64,000 bases of DNA, taken from the NCBI GenBank assembly GCA_963804955.1, contig CAWDSQ010000007.1:160001-224000 (forward strand). Reading direction: 5' to 3'. Source of the DNA: an uncultured delta proteobacterium. GTDB taxonomy: Bacteria; Desulfobacterota; WTBG01; CAIYCZ01; CAIRTM01. The notes under the pieces were generated by a model. That model saw only the letters and a list, made by a program, of their open reading frames with translations, had not been told where the DNA came from and did not search any database. The position numbers and the translations under genes are program-made. Positions 21,657 to 32,499 of this stretch are shown one piece after another; position 1 is the first letter of the stretch; every line of letters starts with the position of its first letter.

Positions 21657-23230
21657 TAGCTGCCGAAACGCGCCTCTACAGCCTTCATGGCATCAATGGC
21701 AGAGCTGGTAATGCCGCCGCTATACCCCGACCCTTCGCCTATGGGGTACAGGTTTTTTACAGCAACGGATTCAAATGTTTCGCTGCGGGTAATCCGCACC
21801 GGGCAGGAGGTTCTTGTTTCAGCGCCTATTACTATCCCGTCATGTGAAACATACAGCGGGTACTGCTCTTGCCAAGCAGTAAATGCCTTTACCAGCGCCC
21901 CGCAGACAAAACCGGGCAAAACTTCATGCATGTCAACGGACACGGCCCCCATCTTATAGGAGTTGGCGTTTAAATCTTCCGAGACCCTCCCGCATAAAAA
22001 ATCCACCAGATTCTGCGCAGGCGCTTTCCAGCCCCCTCCTGCCGCAGCAAAAGCCTTTCGCTCTATATCCTTTTGAAACTCAAAGCCTGCCAGCGGGCCG
22101 GCCGATGCATAATCATCCGGTATGGCAGGTCACCACAATGGCGGAATTCGAGAAAGCCGATGCCCTGGCCGAATAGCTCATGCCGTTGACAACCAGCAGG
22201 CCGTTTTCAGATGAAGCATTGATAACCTCGCCGCCCGGGCACATGCAGAATGAATACACGCCCCGCCGCGCTGTCCGATCGGTATGGGTAAAGGAATACG
22301 CAGCAGCCCCTAGGCCGGAAAAGTCCCTGTATGTATCGCCGTAGCGCAAACGGTTAATCGTTGCAGCAGGATGCTCAACCCGCAGCCCGACTGAAATCGG
22401 CTTTTGCTCAAGGGCAATGCCTTTTTTGTGCAGCAGCTCGAACGTGTCGCGGCTGGAATTTCCAATCGCAAGATACATGCTGGAACTGAGATATTCCCTT
22501 TCGCCGTTTATGATGACGCCCTGGGCTTTTCCCTCTGAAATAAGCATATCAGTCATTTTAGAGCTGTACTGTATCTCGCCGCCCCGCTCAAGGATATGGT
22601 TTCGTATATTGCCCACTATCCTGCACAGCATGTCGGTGCCCAGATGGGGCTTGCGGATATAGCCAATTTCTTCAGGAGCCCCGAATTTGATAAAAGTATC
22701 AAGCACCCTGTTTGCAGAGTCCGAATTATTGACGCGGGAAAACAGCTTGCCGTCGGAGTAGGACCCTGCCCCGCCTTCCCCGAACTGAATATTTGATTCA
22801 GTGTCAAGCTTCCGCTCAACCAAAAATCTTTGAACATCAACAGTGCGCTCCTCTATTTTTTTACCCCGTTCAAATATGAGGGGCAGTAGCCCCCTATCAA
22901 TAAGCTCAAGGGCGGCAAACATGCCGGCAGGGCCAAAACCTATTATGATAGGCCGCTGCCTGCTGCTTGTTGATTTTCTGTCGGGCGCTTTTGTTTCAGA
23001 GTATTCGGGAAGGTTTTCACTGTTGTCGATAGCTGTCGGGGATACGCACCACCAGTGACATATCATAGTAGAACTGCTCTGCGGTGCTCGCATCAAGGGC
23101 CTTGTTCAGGATCTTGACGATTTGAATACTCATGTTCGCTGATGTTCAGCCTCTGCGCAGCGGCCTTCAGATATTCATCCCGCCCGTCTTTCTCAACGGG
23201 TATCCGCAGTGTGCTGATCAGTAAATCCAA
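21656..23230 (-). CDS. FAD-dependent oxidoreductase (COG2509-like; frameshifted)
   Basis: IIGFGPAGMFAA, QFGEGGAGSYSDGKL, KPHLGTD, FCMCPGG, ETRTSCPVRI, YPIGEGSGYSGGI; probable TTG start at 23230. Confidence 0.85.
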
Positions 23231-23439
23231 AAAAGCTCCGTCTCTTTCGGTAAATACACCTTTTTTTACTTCGCAAACACCCGGACAGCCCCTTAAAATT
23301 GAACCGCCAGGGTAAGAGCCCCGGTTGCCGCGGTTATTATCAGGGCTCTGAGTTTTCAGAATCCTTCCATTGCCGGGCTGTTACCTGTTTGATTAAAACT
23401 GTTGTTTTGATTATTTGCCGCTTATCTGTTAAGAAATGA

Positions 23440-23469
23440 AGTATAGTTTCCGGGTCAATGGCCTGTCAA
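23440..23469 (-). promoter_or_regulatory. sigma70-type promoter about 200 nt upstream of FAD oxidoreductase
   Basis: TTGACA-N18-TATACT on the minus strand. Confidence 0.6.
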
Positions 23470-23830
23470 GGCAATTGTCCGTCTCGTGGTCGCATTACGA
23501 TTCAACAAGAAGAAAAGGCTTTCCCTGCTTGATGTATCTGCCTGATTGGTGGCTCTATGCCAGGGCGATGCGTCTGGTGGCTGCGCAGGCAGGCCCTCAA
23601 CCGCCAAGGCTTGCTGGAACTTTTGCCGTGCAGCTTCGTCGGATACTGGTTGTTCGAAGGAGAAGACGTCGCTCAAATTCTTCCGCGGAGAGGGGGCTCT
23701 TTTTCAGCAGACAGGGATTGACATATCTGCCGTTTATCGTTATCTATAGAAAAAATAGATTAAACGGCTTGAGTTACACAACAGCATAAGCCTGTTTCCC
23801 CGGACAGTTAAAAATAGAAGACAGTCTACT

Positions 23831-24058
23831 ATGAGCAAAGCGGCGGTACCGGCAATGCATGAAAAGGGCTTTTTCTATCCCCACATTATTGCCTTCTGCT
23901 GTAACTGGTGCAGCTATGCCGGTGCCGATCTCGCCGGCTCTCTGCGGCTGAAATACGCCGCCAATATCCGCACGATCAGGGTCATGTGCAGCGGCAGGAT
24001 TTCCCCCCACTTTATCATTAAAGCCTTTCAGGACGGCGCCGCAGTGAGGTCCCGATGA
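23831..24058 (+). pseudogene. mvhD: truncated MvhD/FlpD (hydrogenase delta subunit) N-terminal half
   Basis: [32 protein letters not shown], then diverges and stops; the C-terminal GC-x4-CH motif is not found in any frame before fdhA. Confidence 0.75.
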
Positions 24059-24086
24059 ACACTCACAATGTAGAGCAGGGTTTGTG

Positions 24087-26787
24087 ATGTCTACGCAGCA
24101 GCACATTACCATCGACGGCAATCAGTACGGCTTTCAAAGCGGAGAGACGATTTTCCAGGTGGCGGTGCGCAACGGCATTAAGATCCCTTTCCTGTGCTAT
24201 CTGAAAGGCACGACGCCCACAGGCGCCTGCCGCATGTGCCTGGTCGAGGTCGAGGGGGCCCGCAGCCTTGTGGCATCATGCGCAACACCGGCTTCGCCGG
24301 GCATGGTCGTCAAGAGCGCATCCGAGCGGGTACTGAAATTCCGCAGGATGAATCTGCAGCTGCTGCTCTCCTCGGGGCATCACTACTGCGTCACCTGCGA
24401 GGCTGACGGCGACTGCCGGCTGCAGAGCCTTGCCTATGAATACAAGATCGACACGATCGATTACCGGGAAGCGCCGCAGAAGCACCCCGTGGAGGTCAAC
24501 ACGCTCATCACCCGGGACTTTTCCCGCTGCATCATGTGCGGCTGCTGCGTGCAGGCGTGCAATGAGGTGCAGGTCAACCAGGCCATATCCTGCGGCTACC
24601 GGGGCGTTGCTTCAAAGATCGTCGCCACGGGCGACAGGGCCTATGCTGATTCGGACTGCGTCTTTTGCGGCGAGTGCGTCCGCGTCTGCCCGGTGGGGGC
24701 GCTCGTCGAGACCCAGAGCCGCTTCAAGGGCAAAGTCCGGGATCTGCAGAAAGTGAAGACCACCTGCGGCTACTGCGGCGTGGGCTGCCAGCTGTATCTG
24801 CACGTGAAGGACGGCAGGGTCGTGAAGGTGACCGGCTCTGACACCGATGCGCCCAACTACGGCAGCCTCTGCGTGAAGGGCCGCTTTGCCTATGACTTCA
24901 TTCATGACGAGACAGCGCCTGACCACCCCCCTGATCAGGGAGAACGGGTCGCTCCGGGAAGCCTCATGGGATGAAGCGCTCGGGCTTGTGGCCTCACGGC
25001 TTGCATCGATCAAAAAAGAAAGCGGGCCTGATGCCATCGGCGTGCTGGCAAGCGCACGCATCACCAATGAAGACAACTATGTGATACAGAAGTTTGCCCG
25101 GGCCGCCATCGGCACCAACAATGTCGATCACTGCGCGCGGCTTTGACACTCCTCCACCGTGGCCGGTCTGGCCGCAGCGTTTGGCAGTGGCGCAATGACA
25201 AACCCGATAGCCGACATCAGCCTCTCCGATGTCATCCTCATAACAGGCTCAAACACCACCGAGAACCATCCGGTCCTTTCCTCCTATGTGAAGCGGGCCG
25301 TGACGCGGGAAGGCAAGAAGCTGATCGTCATCGACCCGCGCAGGATACCCATAACGCGCTACGCCACACTGTGGCTGCGGCAGAACCTCGGGCACCGATG
25401 TGGCCTGGATCAACGGCCTGATGCAGGTGATCATCAGCGAAGGCCTGTATGACAGGGATTTTGTTGCAACGCGCACCACGGGCTTTGACGCTCTGAAAAA
25501 GGCGGTTGAAAAATACACCCCGGCCTATACGGAAAAGATAACCGGCATACCGGCCGATATTCTCGCAGCAGCCGCCCGTATGTATGCCGGCGGGCAAGCC
25601 CTCCTCGATACTCTATGCCATGGGCATAACCCAGCACATTACCGGAACCGACAATGTGAAGTCGCTTGCCAACCTTGCCATGCTCTGCGGCAACCTGGGC
25701 AAGGCCGGCGGGGGCGTAAACCCCCTGCGCGGCCAGAACAATGTGCAGGGCTGCTGCGACATGGGCTGCCTGCCCAATGTGTTTCCCGGCTACCAGAAGG
25801 TGGACAGCCCTGAGGTGCGGGAAAAGTTTGCCAAAGCCTGGGGCGTTAAAGAGCTTTCTGCAAAGCCGGGCCTGACCGCCACGGAAATGATGGACAAAGC
25901 GCACAGTGGAGAGGTGAAGGCCCTCTATATCATCGGTGAAAATCCCATGGTCTCCGACCCTGACCTTTCCCATGCCAGAAAAAGCCTCCAGAAGCTCGAC
26001 CTGCTTGTGGTGCAGGACATTTTTATGACCGAGACCGCGCAGCTTGCCGATGTCGTGCTGCCGTCGGCATCATTTGCCGAGAAAGACGGCACCTTCACCA
26101 ACACGGAGCGCAAGGTGCAGCTGGTGCGCAAGGCTGTCGATGCGCCCGGCAGCGCACGGGAAGACTGGCGGATAGTGGCCGGCCTTGCCTCGGCCATGGG
26201 CTATGACCTGGGCTGCGGCTCGGCTGAAAAGATCATGGCCGAGATCACGCGCCCTTACCCCCTCCTATGGCGGCATCACGTGCGACAGGCTGCAGGCCGG
26301 CGGCCTGACCTGGCCCTGCCCGAACCCCGAACATCCGGGCACCCCGCGACTGCATATCGATCAGTTTACCCATGGGCTGGGCGTGTTCCATGCCATCGAG
26401 TACCTGCCACCTGCCGAGGTTGCGGACGCTGAGTACCCGGTGTACCTCACCACGGGGCGGGTGCTCTACCAGTATCACACGGGCACGATGACCATGAAGT
26501 CGCCGGGCGTGCACGAGCGCGAGCCCGCGTGCTTTGTAGAGATTGCAGGCCGGGACGCCCAAGACTGGGGCATCAGCGACAATGAGAAGATAAAAATTAT
26601 TTCGCGGCGCGGCTCAATCGAAGCCTCGGCGCGCATTTCGGACCAGGCTGTGCAGGGAACCATTTTCATCCCGTTCCATTATGCCCGGGCTGCGGTGAAT
26701 ACCCTCACCAACGGCGCCCTTGACCCAACGGCTAAAATTCCGGAGTTCAAGGTCTGCGCCGTGAGAGTTGAAAAGAAACACGATTGA
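24087..26787 (+). CDS. fdhA: selenocysteine-containing formate dehydrogenase alpha subunit with NuoG-like Fe-S N-terminus (frameshifted)
   Basis: [17 protein letters not shown], 2x[4Fe-4S], [27 protein letters not shown] with TGA at 25144-25146; [11 protein letters not shown]-terminal PEFKVCAV. Confidence 0.93.
25147..25185 (+). promoter_or_regulatory. bacterial SECIS element
   Basis: Hairpin gtggcc-ggtct-ggccgc just 3' of the in-frame TGA at the Mo/W ligand position. Confidence 0.75.
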
Positions 26788-26806
26788 ACACGGGAGATAT
26801 TTTTGC

Positions 26807-27308
26807 ATGCAAGCTGCACGAAAGCTACAGGCTCTGCTGCCTGACCTGACCGACGATGACCTGCAGCGGATCGACGCCGTCATCGATCGCTACAGAAACA
26901 GGCCCGGCTGCCTGATACCGGTGCTCGAGGAGTGCCAGGAGATAGTCGGCTATCTGCCCGTCGAGCTGCAGGAGTATATCGGCAGGGGCCTCAATATAGC
27001 GGGCTGCACCATTTACGGCGTCGTGACCTTTTACTCGTTTTTTACCATGGTGCCCAAGGGCAGGCATACCATCAAGGTCTGCATGGGAACAGCCTGCTAT
27101 GTCAAGGGCATCGGCGAGGTGCTGGCCCGCATCCAGGCTGCCTATAACCTGGAGGTAGGCAAGACAACGGCAGACCGGCGGTTTTCGCTTGAAGCGGTCC
27201 GCTGCCTCGGCGCCTGCGGCCTTGCGCCTGTCATCGTTAGTGGATAATGATACGCACGGCGGCGTGACGCCGGAAAGCACGCTGAAGATTCTTGAAAACT
27301 ATACCTGA
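26807..27308 (+). CDS. NuoE/HndA-like [2Fe-2S] subunit (frameshift near end)
   Basis: LIPVL..Q..GYLP, VVTFYSFF, VCMGTACYVKG, CLGACGLAP. Confidence 0.9.
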
Positions 27309-27338
27309 GAGCGCCGCAGCCAATAGAAGGGTCAAAAT

Positions 27339-27719
27339 ATGAAAAAAATTACCCGAGCACAGCTTGACCAGATACGCGAGCGGATGGTGAAAGAAAGCGG
27401 GCCTTCTCCAGCAGGGGATGCGGTGAGGGTGACGGTGCACATGGGCACCTGCGGTATTGCCGCCGGCGGGCAGAACGTTCTGGACGCGCTCAACGGCGAG
27501 ATCGCCGCTTCGGGCAGAAAGGACATCCGCGTCATCATATCAGCGTGCATGGGCCTGTGCAGCAGCGAGCCCAACATTACGGTCTGGCGCGCCGGCGAAG
27601 ATCCGGTCATTTACCAGGGTCTTAATGCTGACAAGATGCGGGAGATATTCAAGGAGCACATACAGGGCGGGGATGTGGTCAGCCAGTATGCCCTTGTCCG
27701 GATGCGGCAGACACAGTAG
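27339..27719 (+). CDS. thioredoxin-like [2Fe-2S] ferredoxin (HndB-like)
   Basis: VHMGTCGIAAG...ACMGLCSSEP. Confidence 0.88.
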   Translation: MKKITRAQLDQIRERMVKESGPSPAGDAVRVTVHMGTCGIAAGGQNVLDALNGEIAASGRKDIRVIISACMGLCSSEPNITVWRAGEDPVIYQGLNADKMREIFKEHIQGGDVVSQYALVRMRQTQ

Positions 27720-27734
27720 CGAGGATTGAGCACC

Positions 27735-29239
27735 ATGACGCCTAAAAAAACAGCCACGGTTCCCTATATCGACGAGCACCCGTACTTCAAGCACCAGCAG
27801 CTGATCGTGCTTCGCAACAAGGGAATCGATCCGGAAAGCATCGATGCCTATATCGGCACCGGCGGGTACCAGGCCGCGGCCAAAGCCCTGCTTGACATGA
27901 CCCCGCAGGATATCATTGCCCAGGTGCAGATATCGGGCCTGCGCGGCCGCGGCGGCGGCGGCTACCCCACAGGGCCAGAAGCTCGCGTTTGCCGGCAAAG
28001 TGGAAAGCGACATCAAGTACGTGCTCTGCAATGCCGACGAGGGCGACCCCGGCGCCTTCATGGACAGAAGCGTGCTTGAGGCAGACCCGCACGCGGTGAT
28101 CGAGGGCATGCTCATCGAGGCCCGGGCCATCGGCGCCTCAAAGGGATATATTTACTGCAGGGCCGAATACCCGCTTGCGATCAAGCGCCTCACCATCGCC
28201 ATCGAGCAGGCCCGCGCCTACGGGCTTCTCGGGCACAACATTCTCGGCAGCGGCTTTGATTTAGATATCGAAATTTACCAGGGCGCCGGCGCCTTCGTGT
28301 GCGGCGAGGAGACGGCGCTCATCACACTCCATTGAAGGCAAGCGGGGCATGCCGCGGCCGCGGCCGCCGTTCCCGGCTGTGCAGGGCCTGTGGCAGAAGC
28401 CGACCGTGCTCAATAATGTCGAGACGTATGCCAATATCCCTCAGATTATTCTGAATGGCGGCCAGTGGTATGCCGGCATCGGCACCGAGACGAGCAAGGG
28501 CACCAAGGTGTTTGCCCTGACCGGCGCGGTCAACAATATCGGCCTCGTGGAAGTGCCCATGGGCACCACGCTGCGGACCATTATTTTCGACATCGGCGGC
28601 GGCATCCCCAAGAAGCGCAAGTTCAAGGCCGTGCAGCTCGGCGGCCCCTCGGGCGGCTGCGTGCCCGAGCAGTTCCTGGACATACCCGTGGATTACGAGT
28701 CCATCGCCAAAGTGGGCGCCATCATGGGCTCGGGCGGCATGATCGTCATGCACGATCGCACCTGCATGGTCGACATGGCGCGCTTCTTCATGGAGTTTAT
28801 TCAGGAGGAGTCCTGCGGCAAGTGCACGCCCTGCCGCGAGGGCACGCGGCGCATGCATGAGCTTCTGGTGCGCATCACCAAGGGCTCGGGCCAGGAGGGC
28901 GACATCGAGCGGCTTGAGGACCTGTGCGCCATGGTCAAGGACGGCTCGCTGTGCGGCCTGGGCCAGACCGCCCCGAACCCCGTGCTGTCAACCCTGCAGT
29001 ATTTCCGGGAAGAATACGAAGGGCATATCAGGGAGAAGAAATGCACGGCAAAGCGCTGCCCGGCGCTGATCGAGTTTGTGGTCAATTCCGAAGCCTGCAA
29101 GCGCTGCGGCGTGTGCTTCAAAAGCTGCCCGGTTCATGCTATTACATGGAATAAGGGCCAGCCTGCGAGCATTGACCGGAGCAAATGCATCAAGTGCATG
29201 AGCTGCATCATGAACTGCCCCTTCGACGCCATCTATTGA
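27735..29239 (+). CDS. NuoF/HndC/HylB-like FMN/NADH-binding subunit (frameshifted)
   Basis: [62 protein letters not shown]-terminal 2x[4Fe-4S]. Confidence 0.92.
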
Positions 29240-29377
29240 TCGGCAAGCGCTGAAAGGTGCTCGCCTGATATTTCCAGCGGAGCACCCTCTCTGTGCCCAT
29301 GCCCTGCGCCGTTATGGCCAGGTGCCGGGCACGGCAGGCCCGCATACGACGTTTTAAAACTGCTGTAAGCTGCCCGC

Positions 29378-30643
29378 ATGGATACCTGGAGCATAGACGG
29401 CCTCACGATAACCCTTGGCAAGGAGGGGTCCGGCCAGTACCTGAAAGCAAGCTACCCGGTCCGCTACGGCCGGTATGCCGAAATAAAAAACAGGCGCTAC
29501 ATCTTCCAGTTCAATCTGAACGGGGAAATAAAATTCATTCAGGGGCAGAGCCATGTCTGGCATCATAACGAGTGGCTGAAGAGGACCGTCGCGAACGACT
29601 GGATCTATTACACCACAAACAGCTACAGCAGCCTCTTCAGCCTGATTGGCGAATATTATCTTCCCTGCTTTGCCTACGACAGCAACCCCTATGCCGTGAC
29701 CAACCCTTTTACAACGCAGGCCGTTACAAAAGCCCTTGCCGCAGCCGAGCATATCCGGGCACAGATTGCCGGCCTGTCCGCTGCGTCTCTTCCCGAACAT
29801 GCGCGCGCTTTTTTGCGCCGCATTGCCGCCAATGATCCCGCTCTGCTTGCGGCGCGGGCAGAGGCGCTGCACACAATTCTCGGGTGCCGCGTAACGGTGC
29901 TCCCGCCCGACACCCGCGACGTTGACTACGACGTCATTCCCGTCATGATCGCCGACGGTTGCCTCTATAAATGCGGCTTCTGCTCCGTCAAGACCGGACA
30001 AAGCTTCGCCCCCCGCAGCAGGCAGAACATACTCGGACAGCTGCAGAAGCTGAAGGATTTTTACGGCCCCGACCTGCGCAACTACAACTCGCTCCTGCTG
30101 GGCCAGCATGACGCGCTCTTTGCCGGGCAGGAGCTTATCGAGTATGCCGCGGAAAAAGCCTATGAGCTGCTCGAGCTTGAGCGCTCCTTCATGAGCGGCC
30201 CCAGGCTGTTCCTGTTCGGCAGCGTCGGGTCGCTGCTTGCAGCGCCGGAGGCGCTTTTCAGGAGCCTCAATGCCACACCCTTCTTTACCTCTATCAATAT
30301 CGGGCTTGAATCGGCGCAGCAGGAATCCCTTGATCTCCTGCAAAAGCCTCTTCAGGAACGGCTGGTCAGGGATTCATTTGCGCGGATGATGGATATAAAC
30401 AAAGCCTATGAACGGATAGAAATCAGCGCTAATTTCGTGACGGGAGATCCCCTTCCGGAGCAGCACATCACGTCCATGGCCGGCCTTGTCGCCGGCAGCA
30501 TCGACCGGCAGTGCAGCAAGGGCGCCATCTATCTCTCTCCCCTTTCGTCGCAGGAGCCTCTGAGAAAAATCAGAGACCAAATTTATGCGCTCAAGAGAAG
30601 CAGCCGCATGCCCGTATTCCTGTATCTCATGCAGCGGCTCTGA
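29378..30643 (+). CDS. radical SAM domain protein of unknown function
   Basis: Internal CLYKCGFC (CxxxCxxC) and NIGLES after a ~185-aa unrecognised N-terminal region. Confidence 0.7.
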   Translation: MDTWSIDGLTITLGKEGSGQYLKASYPVRYGRYAEIKNRRYIFQFNLNGEIKFIQGQSHVWHHNEWLKRTVANDWIYYTTNSYSSLFSLIGEYYLPCFAYDSNPYAVTNPFTTQAVTKALAAAEHIRAQIAGLSAASLPEHARAFLRRIAANDPALLAARAEALHTILGCRVTVLPPDTRDVDYDVIPVMIADGCLYKCGFCSVKTGQSFAPRSRQNILGQLQKLKDFYGPDLRNYNSLLLGQHDALFAGQELIEYAAEKAYELLELERSFMSGPRLFLFGSVGSLLAAPEALFRSLNATPFFTSINIGLESAQQESLDLLQKPLQERLVRDSFARMMDINKAYERIEISANFVTGDPLPEQHITSMAGLVAGSIDRQCSKGAIYLSPLSSQEPLRKIRDQIYALKRSSRMPVFLYLMQRL

Positions 30644-31219
30644 AGCATGCGGGGGTGAGGCTTGAAATGCTGCCGGGCTTTTTAGCCTTCCAGCTGCAGC
30701 TGAAACTGACGGTAACCTGTATTTGAAAAGCACGCGAAGAATCGCTGCAGGGAAGAGCACGCTATATATTCTGCGGCTCTACGGCCATGACCGGACTTCC
30801 TCCATGGTGTGCCAGCACCAGTTAAGCAGCTTGTGGTTTGCATGCAAAAACGGGCAGGTCATGTCTGTGCGGCTCTCTGCCTGCGCACGGCCATTTTAAA
30901 AACCGTTTGTCAACCTTCATGGAATAATCACAGATACTGCAAGCTGCGGCTGAGCTTGTGTCATGCCGGGGTCAGTACAGAGGCCCGACGACATCGATAT
31001 GGGTAAGATAGAGCCGGACCTCAAGGCCATGCTCATGCATCAGGTTATTGCAGGGATGCTGAATTGAGCTATTCATGGTAACCCCTGGTCGGCCCGCAAT
31101 TCGCGCGAACCACCGTTGATTTTTTCGCAGATCCATGATATAAATCGAAAAGATTTTCAATGGGTTGCATTCAAAAGCGCTTCAACAAACTGCTCAGCAG
31201 ATGGATAAAGGAGAAAAGC

Positions 31220-31411
31220 ATGGCTACGGACGAACTTAAAAAGGCAATTCAAAAGGCGATTGACGATCATGTTGTCACCTCAAAAGAATTCGAAGAAATC
31301 ATGAGTATAGCCGAAGCCGATGGCCGTATCGACAAGGAAGAGCGCACGCTGCTGAGAGAGCTTCACAAAATGCTTATTGATAAGATCATCACGTGGAAGC
31401 AGGAGCCCTGA
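31220..31411 (+). CDS. small acidic helical protein (TerB/EF-hand-like)
   Basis: AAGGAG RBS; AIDDHVVT..E..IA.ADGRIDKEER. Confidence 0.65.
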   Translation: MATDELKKAIQKAIDDHVVTSKEFEEIMSIAEADGRIDKEERTLLRELHKMLIDKIITWKQEP

Positions 31412-31711
31412 GCCGGCAGCAGCCTTTTGCCTGATCTTTACCGGGACGAGGCGCTGCCTCGTCTTTCTTTTTAAACAACCGGGTTCGAAACTTGATATTG
31501 CACGTGATGAGGTCATTGCGTTTGACTTCGGCGCCTGCGCCTCCTGCTGGAAACCTTCATGATGATATGATATAAGAATATGAATGGGCCTTCTTCCCGT
31601 ACGCGGACAGCCAGGAGAGTGATTGATAATTCAACCTGCAGTCCGGCTCAATATAGAAGGGAAGGCAATTCCGCCCGTACCTGGAGAGCCGATATATCAG
31701 GAAGGTTTGCA

Positions 31712-32276
31712 ATGAAAAAGTTATTGCTCCGTGACCTTGATCCTGTGTGCCGCATGCTGTTTGCTCGCAGCAGGCTGCAAAGAGGTAAGCGAAAAAGAAT
31801 TATATTATGATGCAACGGTAGAACCCGGCAGAATCGCGGCGTCGGGCTATTACGAAATATACACTATGGAATGCTGCGTTATTTTTAAGGCGGGTTTTTT
31901 AAAGCGCTATGCCGGCTGGGATATCGTAGCAATAAAGCTTTTCAATCCCGTAGACAATCAAACAATCAGCTATACACCTGAAATCTATCAGGTTGAAGCC
32001 GGAGCTTCGTCTCCCGAAGGCGAGCCGGTCTTCCGTTCCGGCCCTGCCGCAATAGGCGCTGACACCTGGCAAACCATCGCTGTGGATCCGCCGGTTACCA
32101 TAGAAGCCGCCAGGGATTACTGGGCAGGCTACAGCGTCGTTACCATACCCGGCATAAACCTGCTGGCCCAGGGCGCGAAAGCCAATTACGGAAATAACCG
32201 CATCTCATTCAACAGCGGCATCAGTTTCCAAAAAGCCTCAAGCAACTTTCTTGTCAGGCTTGTTGTGAGGCGATAA
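31712..32276 (+). CDS. hypothetical lipoprotein (frameshift in signal peptide)
   Basis: MKKLL/..LLAAGC lipobox; beta-rich mature domain. Confidence 0.6.
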
Positions 32277-32499
32277 CCCGGGGATGGTCCCTTTACCGGT
32301 TTCTTTACAGGTCACTTTTCCCCTTGCCCCGTTTCTCATATTGTGCCCTGTCTGTCTGGGGCTCCGCTGCCTTCCCGTCTTCCCGCCCGCATTTATATTG
32401 ACACACAGCCCTTCCGTCTTATATATCATTCCCATCGCAAATTGCGCTTTGGATACTGACCATCAAGCGTCCCGGATGACGAACTCAAGGAGACCTGGT

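Noticed and set aside
24056..24058. Selenocysteine readthrough of the mvhD TGA
   Set aside because: Similarity to MvhD is lost before the TGA and does not resume after it.
30790..31076. Possible frameshifted small Cys/His-rich gene on the minus strand
   Set aside because: It needs multiple frame changes or a TGA readthrough and has no recognisable motif.
31600..31700. Glycine riboswitch (two GGAGAG motifs)
   Set aside because: It lacks the CCGAAG and CUCAGG core elements, and the downstream genes are unrelated to glycine.
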